Of a stretch of DNA of 64,000 nucleotides, positions 42,569-52,903 are shown in pieces. Position 1 is the stretch's first letter, and the number at the start of each line of letters is the position of its first letter. The stretch spans positions 256,001 through 320,000 of the forward strand of contig CAVWHX010000007.1 in NCBI GenBank assembly GCA_963754925.1, read 5' to 3'. The translations under genes were made by a program, and so were the position numbers. The stretch is from an uncultured delta proteobacterium (lineage in GTDB: Bacteria > Myxococcota > B64-G9). A model generated the notes under the pieces. The model searched no databases. It worked only from the letters and a program-made list of their open reading frames with translations, and was not told where the DNA came from.

Positions 42569-42747
42569 AAAACTCATCATTGAAATCTTGCCATATAGCC
42601 CCGCCTGCACCGTTATGTCGCCATGAGACCTATCCATTCCTCAAGCTCATCTTTTCCAATATCCAGGATTGAGAATTCACCAATTTACACCTAACGTGGT
42701 TTGGCTTACTTGTTTTTTCTTCTTGGATTTGAGTTGGGGAGGGGACA
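42569..42747 (+). repeat. ~240-bp repeat family, copy with a deletion between two ATTGAAA motifs
   Basis: AAAACTCATC-ATTGAAATCTTGCC...GGATTTGAGTTGGGGAGGGGACA. Confidence 0.9.
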
Positions 42748-42782
42748 GAGTCTGAACCGCGGCGTTGACCATGGATCGTTTC

Positions 42783-43226
42783 TCAGGATGCCTTGAACCG
42801 CCGGCTGATTTCCTTCATGCGCTTACGGTTTACACCGAAGTCTGAATATCCAAGCCGGGAGGCCGAGCGGAACTGGATAGTTTTGTCGGTGTCACCAAGG
42901 TTAAACTCGACATCGTCGACAAAGCGGAAAACCGCTGAGGTAAACTCCACCTGCAGATAATCGTCGGTGGTCTCCACGATGTTGGTGCGCGGCATAGAGC
43001 GTATGATGGCTATGAGCTTAGCCATCGTTTCTTGGCGCGAGGTGGTGTAGCGTATGGGCGGAATAGCATGTTTTTTATCTTGGGCCTTGGTCGAGACACA
43101 GTTGGGGGAGTTAGGGCAGGGAGCCAGTTCCCCATTTTTAATTCCTAAATTATTCGGCCGTACGCCGCTACAACCGAATAAACTCAATGATAGTGCCATA
43201 AGTAAAGATTTGCGTTTGAAAATCAT
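42783..43226 (-). CDS. DUF1499 lipoprotein
   Basis: LAPCPNSPNCVST, FRFVDDVEF, RSASRLGYSDFGVNRKR. Confidence 0.93.
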   Translation of the reverse strand: MIFKRKSLLMALSLSLFGCSGVRPNNLGIKNGELAPCPNSPNCVSTKAQDKKHAIPPIRYTTSRQETMAKLIAIIRSMPRTNIVETTDDYLQVEFTSAVFRFVDDVEFNLGDTDKTIQFRSASRLGYSDFGVNRKRMKEISRRFKAS

Positions 43227-43321
43227 AGGATCTACCTCTGTAACCTTTCATAGTGTATAGGCATTCTCATAACATTATACGGTGATTCTTTGGTGCTTTT
43301 ACTAAGCAGCTTCTATCGTCG

Positions 43322-44423
43322 TTATTTAGAAGAAAATAAATTCAAATACGTTCCGTAACCTTCTTTTTCCAAATCCTCTTTTGGAATAAATCGCAGGGCA
43401 GCTGAATTCATGCAATAGCGCAGACCGGTTGGCGGCGGACCGTCCGGGAAAACATGACCCACGTGAGAATCGGCATGCTTACTTCGCACCTCGGTTCGCG
43501 TAGAAAAGAAGCCGTGGTCTACTTTCTCGACAATATTTCCCGGCTCCAGCGGTTTGGTGAAGCTGGGCCATCCGGTGCCGGAATCATATTTATCCAACGA
43601 GCTAAAAAGTGGCTCGCCGGAAACGATATCCACGTAAATGCCTTCTCTTTTGTTATCCGCATACTCATTCTTAAAAGCCGGCTCGGTGCCGTTTTTCTGC
43701 GTTACTTCATATTGCATTGCGGTGAGTTTCTTCCTCAGGGTCGCATCATCGGGTTTATCGAAACTTTCTGGGTCGGAAGTCGAAAGACCTGAGTCATTTC
43801 CCCATAAACTCCTCACGGTTTGATCACGGCCGGATCGATATCGGTAGTAGTTGTAACGTATGGGATTTTTGGAATGATAATTCTGATGATATTCCTCTGC
43901 GGGATAAAATTTAGTTAACATAATCAGATCAGTAGCAATGGGCTTCCCGAGCTTGCCTGATTCTGCTAGTGCCTGCTTCGATTTTTCGGCCATCTGCCTT
44001 TCTTCTTCATTTTGAAAGAATATGGCACTGCGATATTGAGGACCACGATCGACAAACTGCCCGCCTCCATCGGTAGGATCAATATGGTGCCAGAAGTAAT
44101 TCAACAGTTGTTCATAAGTGATTTTATTCGGATCATAGTACACCTGCACGGCTTCAATATAACCCATTGCAGCATATGATTCATAGGTGGGGTTCTCCCC
44201 TTTTCCTCCGGTATAACCGGATATTACTTTTATGACGCCGGGAACCTTTTCAAAATCTGACTCCACACACCAAAAACATCCTCCGGCAAACGTGGCTATA
44301 CTTGAATTTTTTGTTTCATCCGCCACGGTCATTTCAGTTTTTATCTCCCGTTGTTGGGTTTTCCCGTTTTGACAGCCAAATAAAATAACCAACACTATTA
44401 TGTAGTTTAAGTGATTTTTTCAT
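43322..44423 (-). CDS. msrAB: Bifunctional peptide-methionine sulfoxide reductase MsrA/MsrB
   Basis: [41 protein letters not shown]. The ATG at 44423 is out of frame by one base within the signal peptide. Confidence 0.93.
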
Positions 44424-44589
44424 TTTTCCTCCTTTGTGAGGAAATCAAATATCACTACCAGTGACATTAACGATGATCCGGCAATTGTCAAACCCACCTA
44501 AACAATAATTAACTTAAGAGTGTGGGAAAGCGCCTTCGGGATGGCATCGGGCTACCGCGCGCCAACTCCGGGGTGCTTTATAGCACTCC

Positions 44590-45329
44590 TTACTCAGCTT
44601 GCTTGGGCCGACCGCGTACGTTGCCATACCACGCCGCGAGTGTGCTCGCTGGCACGCCCAGGCGAAACAGAAGCGGGAAAACGTTGACCAGCAGCGTGTA
44701 GTACACGGGTCGCTGAGAAAGCGCCTTCCGGCGACGGTGACGTAAGCCGGCACCGTGCGAATCGCTCCGCGTTGGCGCAAGGTCTTACTGAGGGCGAGAT
44801 CTTCCATCAACGCCAACTCGGGGAACCCACCCACGCTCCAAAAAATCTCGCGTCGAAGAAAGATCGCCTGGTCGCCGTAAGGAAGGCGGGAGTAGCGCGA
44901 GCGGAGATCCGCCAGGCGCAGCAATGGGCTCCACCATGGTCGCGGGCCGACTTCGTCGGCGACCGTCCAGGTATGGAAAGCGCCTGCAGCGGTGCCAGGA
45001 AGCGCGAGCGCGCGCTTAATGTGCGAGGCGGCGTCGGCTGGTAGGGAGACGTCGGCATGGAGAAAGAGAAGTACGTCTCCGGTCGCTCGTCTCGCCCCTT
45101 CGTTTATCTGGCGCGCGCGCCCACGGGGAGAATCCACTAACAGTACGCGGGGAAACCTCAGCGCGATGGCGCGGGTGTCGTCGCGGCTGCCGCCATCCAC
45201 GACGATGACCTCGTGAAACTCGAGCCGCGCGAGCTCGCTTAAGCGCTTGCCGATGCGGGAGGCTTCATCGAGCACCGGCATCACAACCGAGATGCGGGGT
45301 TTTGCGTCCGTACCTTCAAACCCACTCAT
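44590..45329 (-). CDS. GT2 glycosyltransferase of rSAM/arsenosugar clusters (TIGR04283-like), frameshift near the 3' end
   Basis: ISVVMPVLDE, VVDGGSRD, GRARQINEGA, LFLHAD, PYGDQAIF, LMEDL; the natural C-terminus is in a shifted frame after ~44712. Confidence 0.85.
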
Positions 45330-46022
45330 GGCAACCTCCTCATCAGCGCGAGTTCGGTTAACAGACGCGCGGTCCTCGGCGCGCAAATGCGTTCTTCGCG
45401 CAGCAAGCCGGCGAGCCGAATCGAGGTCGGTCGGCAGGTCGACATCGAACCACAGCTCTGTCTCGGCCACGCGCAGGCCGGCAGAGCGAAGGCGCTCCAC
45501 CGTTCGTTCCCGTGTCGTCGCCGTGCTCCATGGCAGTCCGCGCAGTAGTCCCGCCGGGCAGCGCCGTAATCCGAGAAGGTAAAAGCCGCCATCCTCGCAG
45601 GGACCAACCACCGCGTCGTGTTCGCCAAGGAGCTGCCGCGCAGAATAGAGAAATGCACGTGGTAGTCCGGGTGTGTCGGTGCCGATGGCGATGACCGCGT
45701 CGTTGCATTCGAGAGCTCGAGAAAGGACCCTCTCCATTCGTTCACCAAGGTCGCCCGTGCCCTGCCTCCAAATCGTGACGTCCGTGGTGAGACCGAGCGG
45801 TGCGGGATCGCCGTCGCACGCGACGACGACACGCGCCCAGTCACCGGCAGTCGCTGCCGCGAGCGTGTCCTCAAAAAAGGAGGTCGCAAGCTCGGCCGCC
45901 TCGGCCGCGCTCAGCGGGGGCGTGAGGCGGGTCTTGACCGCGCCCGGCAATGGAGTCTTGACGAAGATGCACAGCGTGGTCGGGATAGTCCCGCCGCGAA
46001 ACTGGACGTGCGTTACCACCAT
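45326..46022 (-). CDS. DUF2064/TIGR04282-like glycosyltransferase; apparent fusion to the next gene caused by a 1-bp insertion at ~45420
   Basis: FVKTPLPGAVKTRL, QGTGDLGERM, IGTDTP, GPCEDGGFYLLG, WST, DVD; the alternative frame ends in an ATGA overlap at 45326. Confidence 0.85.
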
Positions 46023-46033
46023 CGATCTCCTCG

Positions 46034-47578
46034 TCACCGCCGCCAAGCCAGAAATCGCCTGAAGACCCGGAGGACTCCCGGCGTCAACCTGGCGCGCTGG
46101 AAGGCGTCTCCAAGCCGCTTCCAGACCTCTGCCTGCGTCGGGTACGGATGTATTGTCCGCGACAATGCATCGGCCTTCGCTCCCTCGGTGATTGCGAAAA
46201 CGATCTCGCCGATCATTTCCCCGGCGTGACGGGCGACCACGGTCGCCCCTACAATGCGTCTGCTTCCGGCCTCGACGTGCAGACGCGCAAAGCCCTCGGG
46301 CTCTCCGTCGAGTACGGCGCGGTCGACCTCGACGAACGACACCGTGAACGTTTGCACCGTTAGGCCTCGCGCGCGCGCCTCCTGCTCATAAAGACCGACA
46401 TGAGCGATCTCCGGATCGGTATAGGTGCTCCAGGGGATGACGAGCGAGCTCATGCGTTTCCGGCCGAAGAACAGAGCGTTCTGGATGACCACCCGGGCCA
46501 TGGCGTCAGCGGCGTGAGTAAACTTGTAGCGTGAACAGATGTCGCCAGCCGCGAAGATACGCCGGTTGCTGGTGCGCAGCTGGTCGTCAACCTTAACGCC
46601 ATCGCGATTAAACTCGACGCCCGCGGCATCAAGCCCCAGCCCGTCGAGATTGGGCGTTCGCCCGACCCCCACCAAAATTTCGTCACCATGCAATTCCTGT
46701 TGGGAACCCTTGCGTTCAAACATGACCACTTTGGCTCCGCCCCGCTTCTCGACACGCAAAATCTTGGATCCCAATGCCAGGCCGATATTCTCGCGTTCAA
46801 ATTGCGCTGCGATAACGGCAGTGGCATCGGCATCCTCACGAGGCAAGAGGCGATCATCGAGGCTGATAATGGTCACGTGGCTCCCCAACCGCCGGAAAGC
46901 CTGCGCGAGTTCGCATCCGATAGGACCGGCCCCGATGACCAGCAGTCGCTGCGGCAGCTCGGTCAGCGAGAAAACAGTTTCATTGGTGAGAAAACGTGCC
47001 TCCGCGAGCCCCGGGATGGGAAGGCTTACCGCGCGCGCTCCCGTCGCGATGACGGCGCGCGCGAAGCGAAGACGGCGATCGCCGACCTGCAGCTCATCGG
47101 ACCCCACAAAGACACCCTGCCCGAAGAACACATCGACGCCCGCCTCGGAGAAGCGTTTGGCCGAATCGTGCCGCGCGATACCCGCACGGAGACGTCGTAT
47201 GCGTTCCATGACCGCACCGAAATCCACCGCACCGGAGGGGGTGCGCGCGCCGAATGGCTCTCCGTGGGCCGCGTCATAAGCCGCGCGAGACGAGCGTATC
47301 AGCGCCTTGGAGGGAACACACCCGTGGTTGAGGCAGTCGCCGCCCATCAACGCGCGCTCTACGAGCGCGACCCTGGCGCCCAGGGCCGCGGCCCCGATAG
47401 CCGACACCAGACCCGCCGTGCCGGCGCCCACTACCACTAAGTTGTAGCGCCCGCTGGGAGTGGGGTTGAACCATTCGGCCGGACGGACGTTGGCGAGCAG
47501 TTCCTGGTTGTGCCGGTCCCAAGGCGCGATCGGGTACGAACCCTCAGGAATCGTTGCCCCTATTTGTTCTGAGGTCAT
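46034..47578 (-). CDS. FAD-dependent pyridine nucleotide-disulfide oxidoreductase (mercuric reductase-like, no C-terminal CC)
   Basis: GAGTAG, GGDCLNHGCVPSK, GAGPIG, AAGD, HPYPT. Confidence 0.92.
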   Translation of the reverse strand: MTSEQIGATIPEGSYPIAPWDRHNQELLANVRPAEWFNPTPSGRYNLVVVGAGTAGLVSAIGAAALGARVALVERALMGGDCLNHGCVPSKALIRSSRAAYDAAHGEPFGARTPSGAVDFGAVMERIRRLRAGIARHDSAKRFSEAGVDVFFGQGVFVGSDELQVGDRRLRFARAVIATGARAVSLPIPGLAEARFLTNETVFSLTELPQRLLVIGAGPIGCELAQAFRRLGSHVTIISLDDRLLPREDADATAVIAAQFERENIGLALGSKILRVEKRGGAKVVMFERKGSQQELHGDEILVGVGRTPNLDGLGLDAAGVEFNRDGVKVDDQLRTSNRRIFAAGDICSRYKFTHAADAMARVVIQNALFFGRKRMSSLVIPWSTYTDPEIAHVGLYEQEARARGLTVQTFTVSFVEVDRAVLDGEPEGFARLHVEAGSRRIVGATVVARHAGEMIGEIVFAITEGAKADALSRTIHPYPTQAEVWKRLGDAFQRARLTPGVLRVFRRFLAWRR

Positions 47579-48339
47579 GAAGAGCGCTCCTTGGGCGTGG
47601 GAACCTGGTCGAGAACGTGTTTCAGCGCTTTGCGTGCTATGCGCGTAAGGACGACGGTGACGGCCAGTGTTGCGACGAGGCCACCGACCAGCAAGAGTTG
47701 ACCCGCGACGCCTGATGATGGTCGCGTGCCGCTTACGAGCTCGTTTGCGCTGGTGACCAACGAACCAATGTAAACGTACAGTGCCGTTCCCGGCAACATG
47801 CCGAGCCACGAGCCAAGCACGAAGTCCCGCGGACGAACCTTGGTGAGCCCGAGCGCGTAGTTGAGCACGTTGAATGGGAAAACGGGTGAAAGCCTCAGGA
47901 GCACGACGATCTTAAAACCATGCTGACCGATGGCCGCGTCGATAGCCTCCCAACGACTATCCCGACCTACTCGTCGCGCAATCCAGCCCCGAGCCACCGT
48001 GCGCCCAAGAAGGAAGGCTGCCGTCGCCGCGATCACACTGACCGGCGACACAAGCATAAGCCCCCAGAACGGTCCGTAAGCAAAACCGCCGCCGATGGTC
48101 AGAATCGACCCGGGGAGCAGTAGGACCGCCGCCGCGACATAGGTCACCGCGAAGAAGGCCACACCCCATGGCCCTTGGCCGCGGATCCACTGGACCACGC
48201 CGACGAGCCACGAGGTCACCGGAAGCAGTATGATCACCGCGACGAGACCAACGACGACAAGGAGCGCAGCGAATAGGCGCAGGTCCGGTCTGACCGTGGT
48301 GTGCGCGGGTTTTGATAATTGGTGTTCTGAAGCGATCAT
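47575..48339 (-). CDS. TVP38/TMEM64 (DedA/SNARE-associated) membrane protein
   Basis: LPGSILTIGGG, AFLLGR, LLRLSPVFPFNVLNYALGLT, GMLPGT. Confidence 0.92.
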   Translation of the reverse strand: MIASEHQLSKPAHTTVRPDLRLFAALLVVVGLVAVIILLPVTSWLVGVVQWIRGQGPWGVAFFAVTYVAAAVLLLPGSILTIGGGFAYGPFWGLMLVSPVSVIAATAAFLLGRTVARGWIARRVGRDSRWEAIDAAIGQHGFKIVVLLRLSPVFPFNVLNYALGLTKVRPRDFVLGSWLGMLPGTALYVYIGSLVTSANELVSGTRPSSGVAGQLLLVGGLVATLAVTVVLTRIARKALKHVLDQVPTPKERSS

Positions 48340-48353
48340 GTCATGTCGTTGCC

Positions 48354-49394
48354 TTATATCGTTGCTCCGCGGCAGCTCGATCCTGCGCCGGCGGCGCAGC
48401 CAAAGCAGTGGCGATGTACCATGATTCGACGAGCTTCGAGCGCCCGTTGGTCGAATGCGTCGATGCATTGAGGAGCATTCGGGTCGATTCCAAGGTCCAG
48501 CATCTGGTTGAAGTCGCAGTCGTACAGCCTGCCGTCCCAGCCGACCGAGAGAGTCGTGCGGCACATGACGGCGGCGACCGCCGCCGGGTTGAAAGCTCCG
48601 GCTAGGCGCTGGAGGTATGAATCGAGATTGCCGGTCAGAATAAGCCACTCGAGATACCGGGCGATCGGCATGTTGGTGATGCAGTAGAGCGCATCGAACG
48701 AGACGCCGTGAAGGCGAGACATCTCACGTTTCCACTCGCTTTCCAGCGAAGCCTGGGATGCAGGAAGAAATGCTCCCACCGGGTTGGCGACCAGCACGAG
48801 TCTCAGACGCGGGTCCCCGCCGGCATAGCCGGCCTGGTTCAACCTGCGCAGGGCCGCTATCGATTTCTCGAACGTGCCCACGCCCCGCTGTCGATCCGTG
48901 AGCAGGGGGCGATAATGGGGCAGCGAGCATACGAGCTCGACGCTGTACTCTGCGAAGAAGGCCGGGAGATCGCGATAGGCCGGCTGCTCGAGAATAGTCA
49001 GGTTGCAGCGGTTAATGACGTGTCGGCCGAGAGCACGCACCTGCTTCACGAGGTAGCGGAAGTCCGGATGAAGTTCGGGCGCTCCACCGGTGATATCGAC
49101 GGTCGGAATGTCGGATGCTGCCAGCACGTCGAGACATCGTTCTAAAGAGTCTCGCGACATGCTTTCGCGTCGATCGGGGCCCGCATCGACGTGGCAGTGG
49201 AGGCAGGTCATGTTGCAGACGCGGCCCAAATTAAGTTGCAGGGTCGAGATGCGGGTCGGCTTCAGCGGCCATAGGCCGTGCCGATCGAGCAGCGTCTCGA
49301 AATCTTGGTCGAGCGACACCCCGGCGATATGCGCGAGCTGAACCCTCGGCTGCGCGAGAGGGAGCCGACGCTCAGTGAGAGATGTTGCCTGCAT
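48354..49394 (-). CDS. arsS: Arsenosugar biosynthesis radical SAM protein
   Basis: LQLNLGRVCNMTCLHCHVDAGPDR, DITGGAPELHP, DRQRG.G.F, ITNMPI.R, MCR..SVGWDG.LYDCDFNQ, HCFGCAAGAGSSC. Confidence 0.88.
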   Translation of the reverse strand: MQATSLTERRLPLAQPRVQLAHIAGVSLDQDFETLLDRHGLWPLKPTRISTLQLNLGRVCNMTCLHCHVDAGPDRRESMSRDSLERCLDVLAASDIPTVDITGGAPELHPDFRYLVKQVRALGRHVINRCNLTILEQPAYRDLPAFFAEYSVELVCSLPHYRPLLTDRQRGVGTFEKSIAALRRLNQAGYAGGDPRLRLVLVANPVGAFLPASQASLESEWKREMSRLHGVSFDALYCITNMPIARYLEWLILTGNLDSYLQRLAGAFNPAAVAAVMCRTTLSVGWDGRLYDCDFNQMLDLGIDPNAPQCIDAFDQRALEARRIMVHRHCFGCAAGAGSSCRGATI

Positions 49395-49397
49395 GGT

Positions 49398-49736
49398 CTA
49401 CATCCCGATTTTGGTCGCGTGCTCGCGCATCTGCACACCGTGGACGAGGGTTGCGCCTCCACGGATTGCCGCCGCTACATGCAGCGCCTCGGTCATCTGG
49501 TCAAGATCGGCGCCCTTCTCCATGCTGTCCTTGCTGTAGGCGTCGATACAATAGGGGCACTGTAGCGCATGGGCCACAGCCAACGCGATAAGGGACTTCT
49601 CGCGCGCCGACAGCGCACCGTCGGAAAAAACCTGCTCATACCAGTCAAAAAACTTCTTCGCTAGGTCGGGGCAGTTTTTGCTGACATCTGCGAACTTGGC
49701 GAGATCCGCGGGGTCGTAGTACGTACTTTCCGGCAT
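49398..49736 (-). CDS. AhpD/CMD peroxidase-like protein associated with ArsS
   Basis: YY.PADL.KF, REKSLIALAVAHALQCPYCIDAY, AAAIRGGATLVHGVQM. Confidence 0.9.
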   Translation of the reverse strand: MPESTYYDPADLAKFADVSKNCPDLAKKFFDWYEQVFSDGALSAREKSLIALAVAHALQCPYCIDAYSKDSMEKGADLDQMTEALHVAAAIRGGATLVHGVQMREHATKIGM

Positions 49737-49867
49737 TGAATTCCCTCCTGTGTCTCGATATATCCCAGGCTCCGAGACATCTCATACTGATGTTGTGACC
49801 AACAACGAAAGATCTTAAGCCTACAGCCCATCGTTGTCTAGGATGTTAAGGAATACGTGTTGTGGAA

Positions 49868-49950
49868 TCAAGATGGTGAGCCCCCCAATTTACGCTTACC
49901 CTGGCTTAGTTGGCTTGTTTTTTATTTCGGATTTGTTTTGGCGAAGGGCA
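49868..49950 (+). repeat. ~240-bp repeat family, right-part copy
   Basis: CCAATTTACGCTTACCCTGG...GGATTTGTTTTGGCGAAGGGCA. Confidence 0.85.
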
Positions 49951-50025
49951 GGTGGAATTATTTGCATCGGTGAACTGTTTATATACTGCTAAATACTTAC
50001 CATGAATTTGAGAAAGGAAGTCGCC

Positions 50026-50286
50026 ATGCCGCCAAAAAAGTCTCACTCCTTTGGAAAAGACCAAAAACCTTCTACAGAATACAAAGAGTTAGCAAAAGTT
50101 GAGCACGAGGCTTCGCTTGGTGAATCCAAACCATCCCAGCAGCCGATGAAACCTGCCTCCGTACCGGTGACAAATAAACAAATTGCGAAGCGGGCGTTTG
50201 AGATTTGGAATGAACGCGGGCAACCCCCAGGCCTTGATATCGACAACTGGCTCCAGGCTGAGCGTGAACTCACGGGGCGCAAATAA
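50026..50286 (+). CDS. DUF2934 domain protein
   Basis: IAKRAFEIWNERGQPPG.D.DNWLQAEREL. Confidence 0.88.
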   Translation: MPPKKSHSFGKDQKPSTEYKELAKVEHEASLGESKPSQQPMKPASVPVTNKQIAKRAFEIWNERGQPPGLDIDNWLQAERELTGRK

Positions 50287-50347
50287 AAACAACTTTTTTG
50301 AAGGGACAAGGCCTGTATCATTGTTTCGCAGAATGAGGAGACGAAAG

Positions 50348-50869
50348 TTATTCCTGAGCTTTTAGTCGTTTCACTAAATCTACGAAACCCTGCGGTGAGA
50401 AGAACAAAAAATCGCAGTCACCAAAGGAAATGTTGTCCCCATCTTTCAGCGGCACCGGCTCGCCCGCCTTCACCGTCCGACCATCGAGGAGTGTGCCGTT
50501 GGTCGAGCCAGCATCACCGAGCTGGTAGGTGTTCTTGTCGGGATCCAGCAGAATGAAGGCGTGTCGCTTTGATACCGTAGAGTGATCAATATTGAACTCG
50601 CGATCTTCGGAGCGACCCACCAAAAACTTAGTTGGAACCTTTCCGGTTCCAGTAGAATTAGGCAGCAATACTCGGTAGTTGCGTAACTCTTGATAGCTTT
50701 GGACGATGCCGGAACCAGCTTGGTAATCGACCAACCGAGTGTGGCCAGTGGCAAAGCCCTTGGATTCGTGTTTCTCCTGGTAGAGCATTGCCGGAGTGGA
50801 GTATTTTGCCAGAAAGGCTTCCGCGCCCAGCAGCGCGAGGGTTTCTATATACTCCTGGACGGTTTCCAT
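50348..50869 (-). CDS. FHA domain protein
   Basis: VGRS, STVSKRHA, DAGSTNGT, LKDGDNISFG. Confidence 0.9.
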   Translation of the reverse strand: METVQEYIETLALLGAEAFLAKYSTPAMLYQEKHESKGFATGHTRLVDYQAGSGIVQSYQELRNYRVLLPNSTGTGKVPTKFLVGRSEDREFNIDHSTVSKRHAFILLDPDKNTYQLGDAGSTNGTLLDGRTVKAGEPVPLKDGDNISFGDCDFLFFSPQGFVDLVKRLKAQE

Positions 50870-50906
50870 ATTACTCCTCCCCTCAACCCTGCTCTAATTT
50901 CACAGC

Positions 50907-51141
50907 TGCCCCCCCAATACCCGTTCCCATTGAAATTGCGTTGTTTTTATCTTATCTGCCCTTTCCTCCTACCGTTCGAAATTTTGCCAGATTATTCCAA
51001 TCGCGTCAACATATCGCCATAACCCATTCAGTCCTCAATCCCATCTTTTCCAACATCCCGGATCGCGCGTTCACCAAGGTACGCTTACCGTGTGGTTGGG
51101 TTGACTTGTTTTTTCGCTCGGATTTGGGTTGGCGAGGGACC
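50907..51141 (+). repeat. ~240-bp repeat family, full-length copy
   Basis: Runs from TGCCCCCCCAATACCCGTTCCCATTGAAA to GGATTTGGGTTGGCGAGGGACC. Confidence 0.9.
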
Positions 51142-51209
51142 GTGATTTGATGATAGGGTTGTTTGACAAAAGATGAGCGCTTTCCTCAGCGACTGGCACC
51201 TTGGTTGGG

Positions 51210-51491
51210 TTACTTATTCTGGTTAGCTGCCTCGGCAGCAAGCTTAATTTCAGAACTTGCCTGCTCGATGAGTTCCTTCGCCTTCGCCGCGTGGCCTTCC
51301 ATATCGTACTCGTTGGCCTTCTGGGCTGCAGTAATTTTTTGGAACGCTCCCTCGAGTAACTTCTGGGCTGCATGTAGATTCGGGTGCCTCTTTGCGCTTA
51401 CATTCTGCACGGGACCAGGGTCTTTCGCCATAACAGCAGCAGAGGTGATAAGAGCGGTCGACAAACTAATGGCAACTAACAATCTCTTCAT
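51210..51491 (-). CDS. Small secreted helical protein (NVSAKRHPNL..AQ..ANEYDM.GHA type)
   Basis: AAGGAG RBS and signal peptide. Confidence 0.8.
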   Translation of the reverse strand: MKRLLVAISLSTALITSAAVMAKDPGPVQNVSAKRHPNLHAAQKLLEGAFQKITAAQKANEYDMEGHAAKAKELIEQASSEIKLAAEAANQNK

Positions 51492-52031
51492 AGTGTTCTC
51501 CTTTTTAAGTGGATGGAAATGCGGCAAATCGTTACTCGGCAGTGAGCCGGCTCGATTGTCCTCCTCGTTGATCTAAAGATCTTTTATCCAACTGAGCTGC
51601 GATGCGACCTGAATGATTACACCCTTCCATAGTTAGTTGTCAATTTCTTCTTGCATTTATAATCCTAACGAGAAGCTACTTGCCTTACCTATTCTGCTTC
51701 GCGCCACACCCTAGCGGCCTGGAGAGCACCACCTTTGGTGTCAATAGAGCCCCTGCCTTTCATTTTTTGACCCAATATTCTTTCTTAAGGACATAGCTTG
51801 TCCGTCATTGTTCCCATTTTTGTGCCCACTCGTCGCCAAAGTATCGGCTATTGTTGAGTACTACCGAATCTAGCGCCGGAACGCCGAAAACGAATGATGT
51901 TGTAACCTGCTGAAAAAGCGGTGTAAAAACTATATGTATACCGCGCAATCGGCTCGATACTCTAATAATAATAGAAACAGGTGAGGTGGCGTTGACGAAC
52001 ACCACTAACAAATATATGTGGAGGCGATGTC

Positions 52032-52883
52032 ATGAAAACCTTCGAAAGATTTTTAGTTTTTTTCGTAGCGTCGATTTTAGTACCTGGTGTTGCTCGGCCG
52101 AGCAATGACCGTCAATCAGACAATAATATGCAGTTGGCTCAGGCCGTAGCTCAGGCCAGTGAACCCCAACCACAGCCGGTACAGCCACCCTCCCCCGCGC
52201 CGACGAATTTGCCTCCCCCTCCATCAGCGGAACTTCCTGCTCCTCCGTCGAACGAGCCGGAGGCCTCTGAGCAGGTTGCTCCGACGGGCCAATGGGTTTA
52301 CACGGACCAATATGGATGGGTCTGGATGCCTTACGGGGATGCATATAGCTATGTACCATCGAACGGAGCTGAGCCGGATATGTACGTTTACTATCCGTCC
52401 GTCGGCTGGTGCTGGGTGGTCGCGCCCTGGTTGTGGGGTTTCGGACCCCTGCCGTTCTTCGGCATTTACGGCCCGTGGCACTTCGGTTGGTATGGCCATG
52501 GTTACGGTCACTGGTACGGCTTCGCGAACCACTATGGCAATGCTGGATGGGGCGTACGCGGCTACTGGCACGGCGGGCAGTGGCACGGCTACAACCGGGT
52601 CTCGCCTGGTCACACGGTATCACCACATCAAGGTAGTTATGGTGTATCTCCTCGGTCTGGGTACCAGGCGCCTGCTAGACATAGCTTTGCCATGCCCCAA
52701 AGAGGATTCGCCAGTAGAAGCAATTTCAGCAGCCATAGCGGGCATAGTTTTGCTCTGTCACGTGGGGGATTCTCCGGCGGAGGCGGCAGTTTCAGCGGCC
52801 GCGGTGGACATAGTTTTGCTGCGTCCCGCAGCGGATTCTCCGGTGGAGGCGGCCACGGTGGTCACGGTGGACATGGGAGATAG
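52032..52883 (+). CDS. Secreted Pro-rich, Trp/Tyr/Gly-rich protein with a Gly/Ser/His low-complexity tail
   Basis: GGAGG RBS; paralog of 28524..29192. Confidence 0.8.
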   Translation: MKTFERFLVFFVASILVPGVARPSNDRQSDNNMQLAQAVAQASEPQPQPVQPPSPAPTNLPPPPSAELPAPPSNEPEASEQVAPTGQWVYTDQYGWVWMPYGDAYSYVPSNGAEPDMYVYYPSVGWCWVVAPWLWGFGPLPFFGIYGPWHFGWYGHGYGHWYGFANHYGNAGWGVRGYWHGGQWHGYNRVSPGHTVSPHQGSYGVSPRSGYQAPARHSFAMPQRGFASRSNFSSHSGHSFALSRGGFSGGGGSFSGRGGHSFAASRSGFSGGGGHGGHGGHGR

Positions 52884-52903
52884 AACTTTTCGCTCACACC
52901 CGT

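Noticed and set aside
44514..46046. Natural fusion of the two glycosyltransferases (510-aa ORF)
   Set aside because: A 1-bp insertion near 45420 creates it. The alternative frame ends in an ATGA overlap with the second gene's start.
51580..51607. tRNA 5' fragment (AGCTCAGTTGGATA on the minus strand)
   Set aside because: Only ~14 nt match, with no anticodon arm or T-arm.
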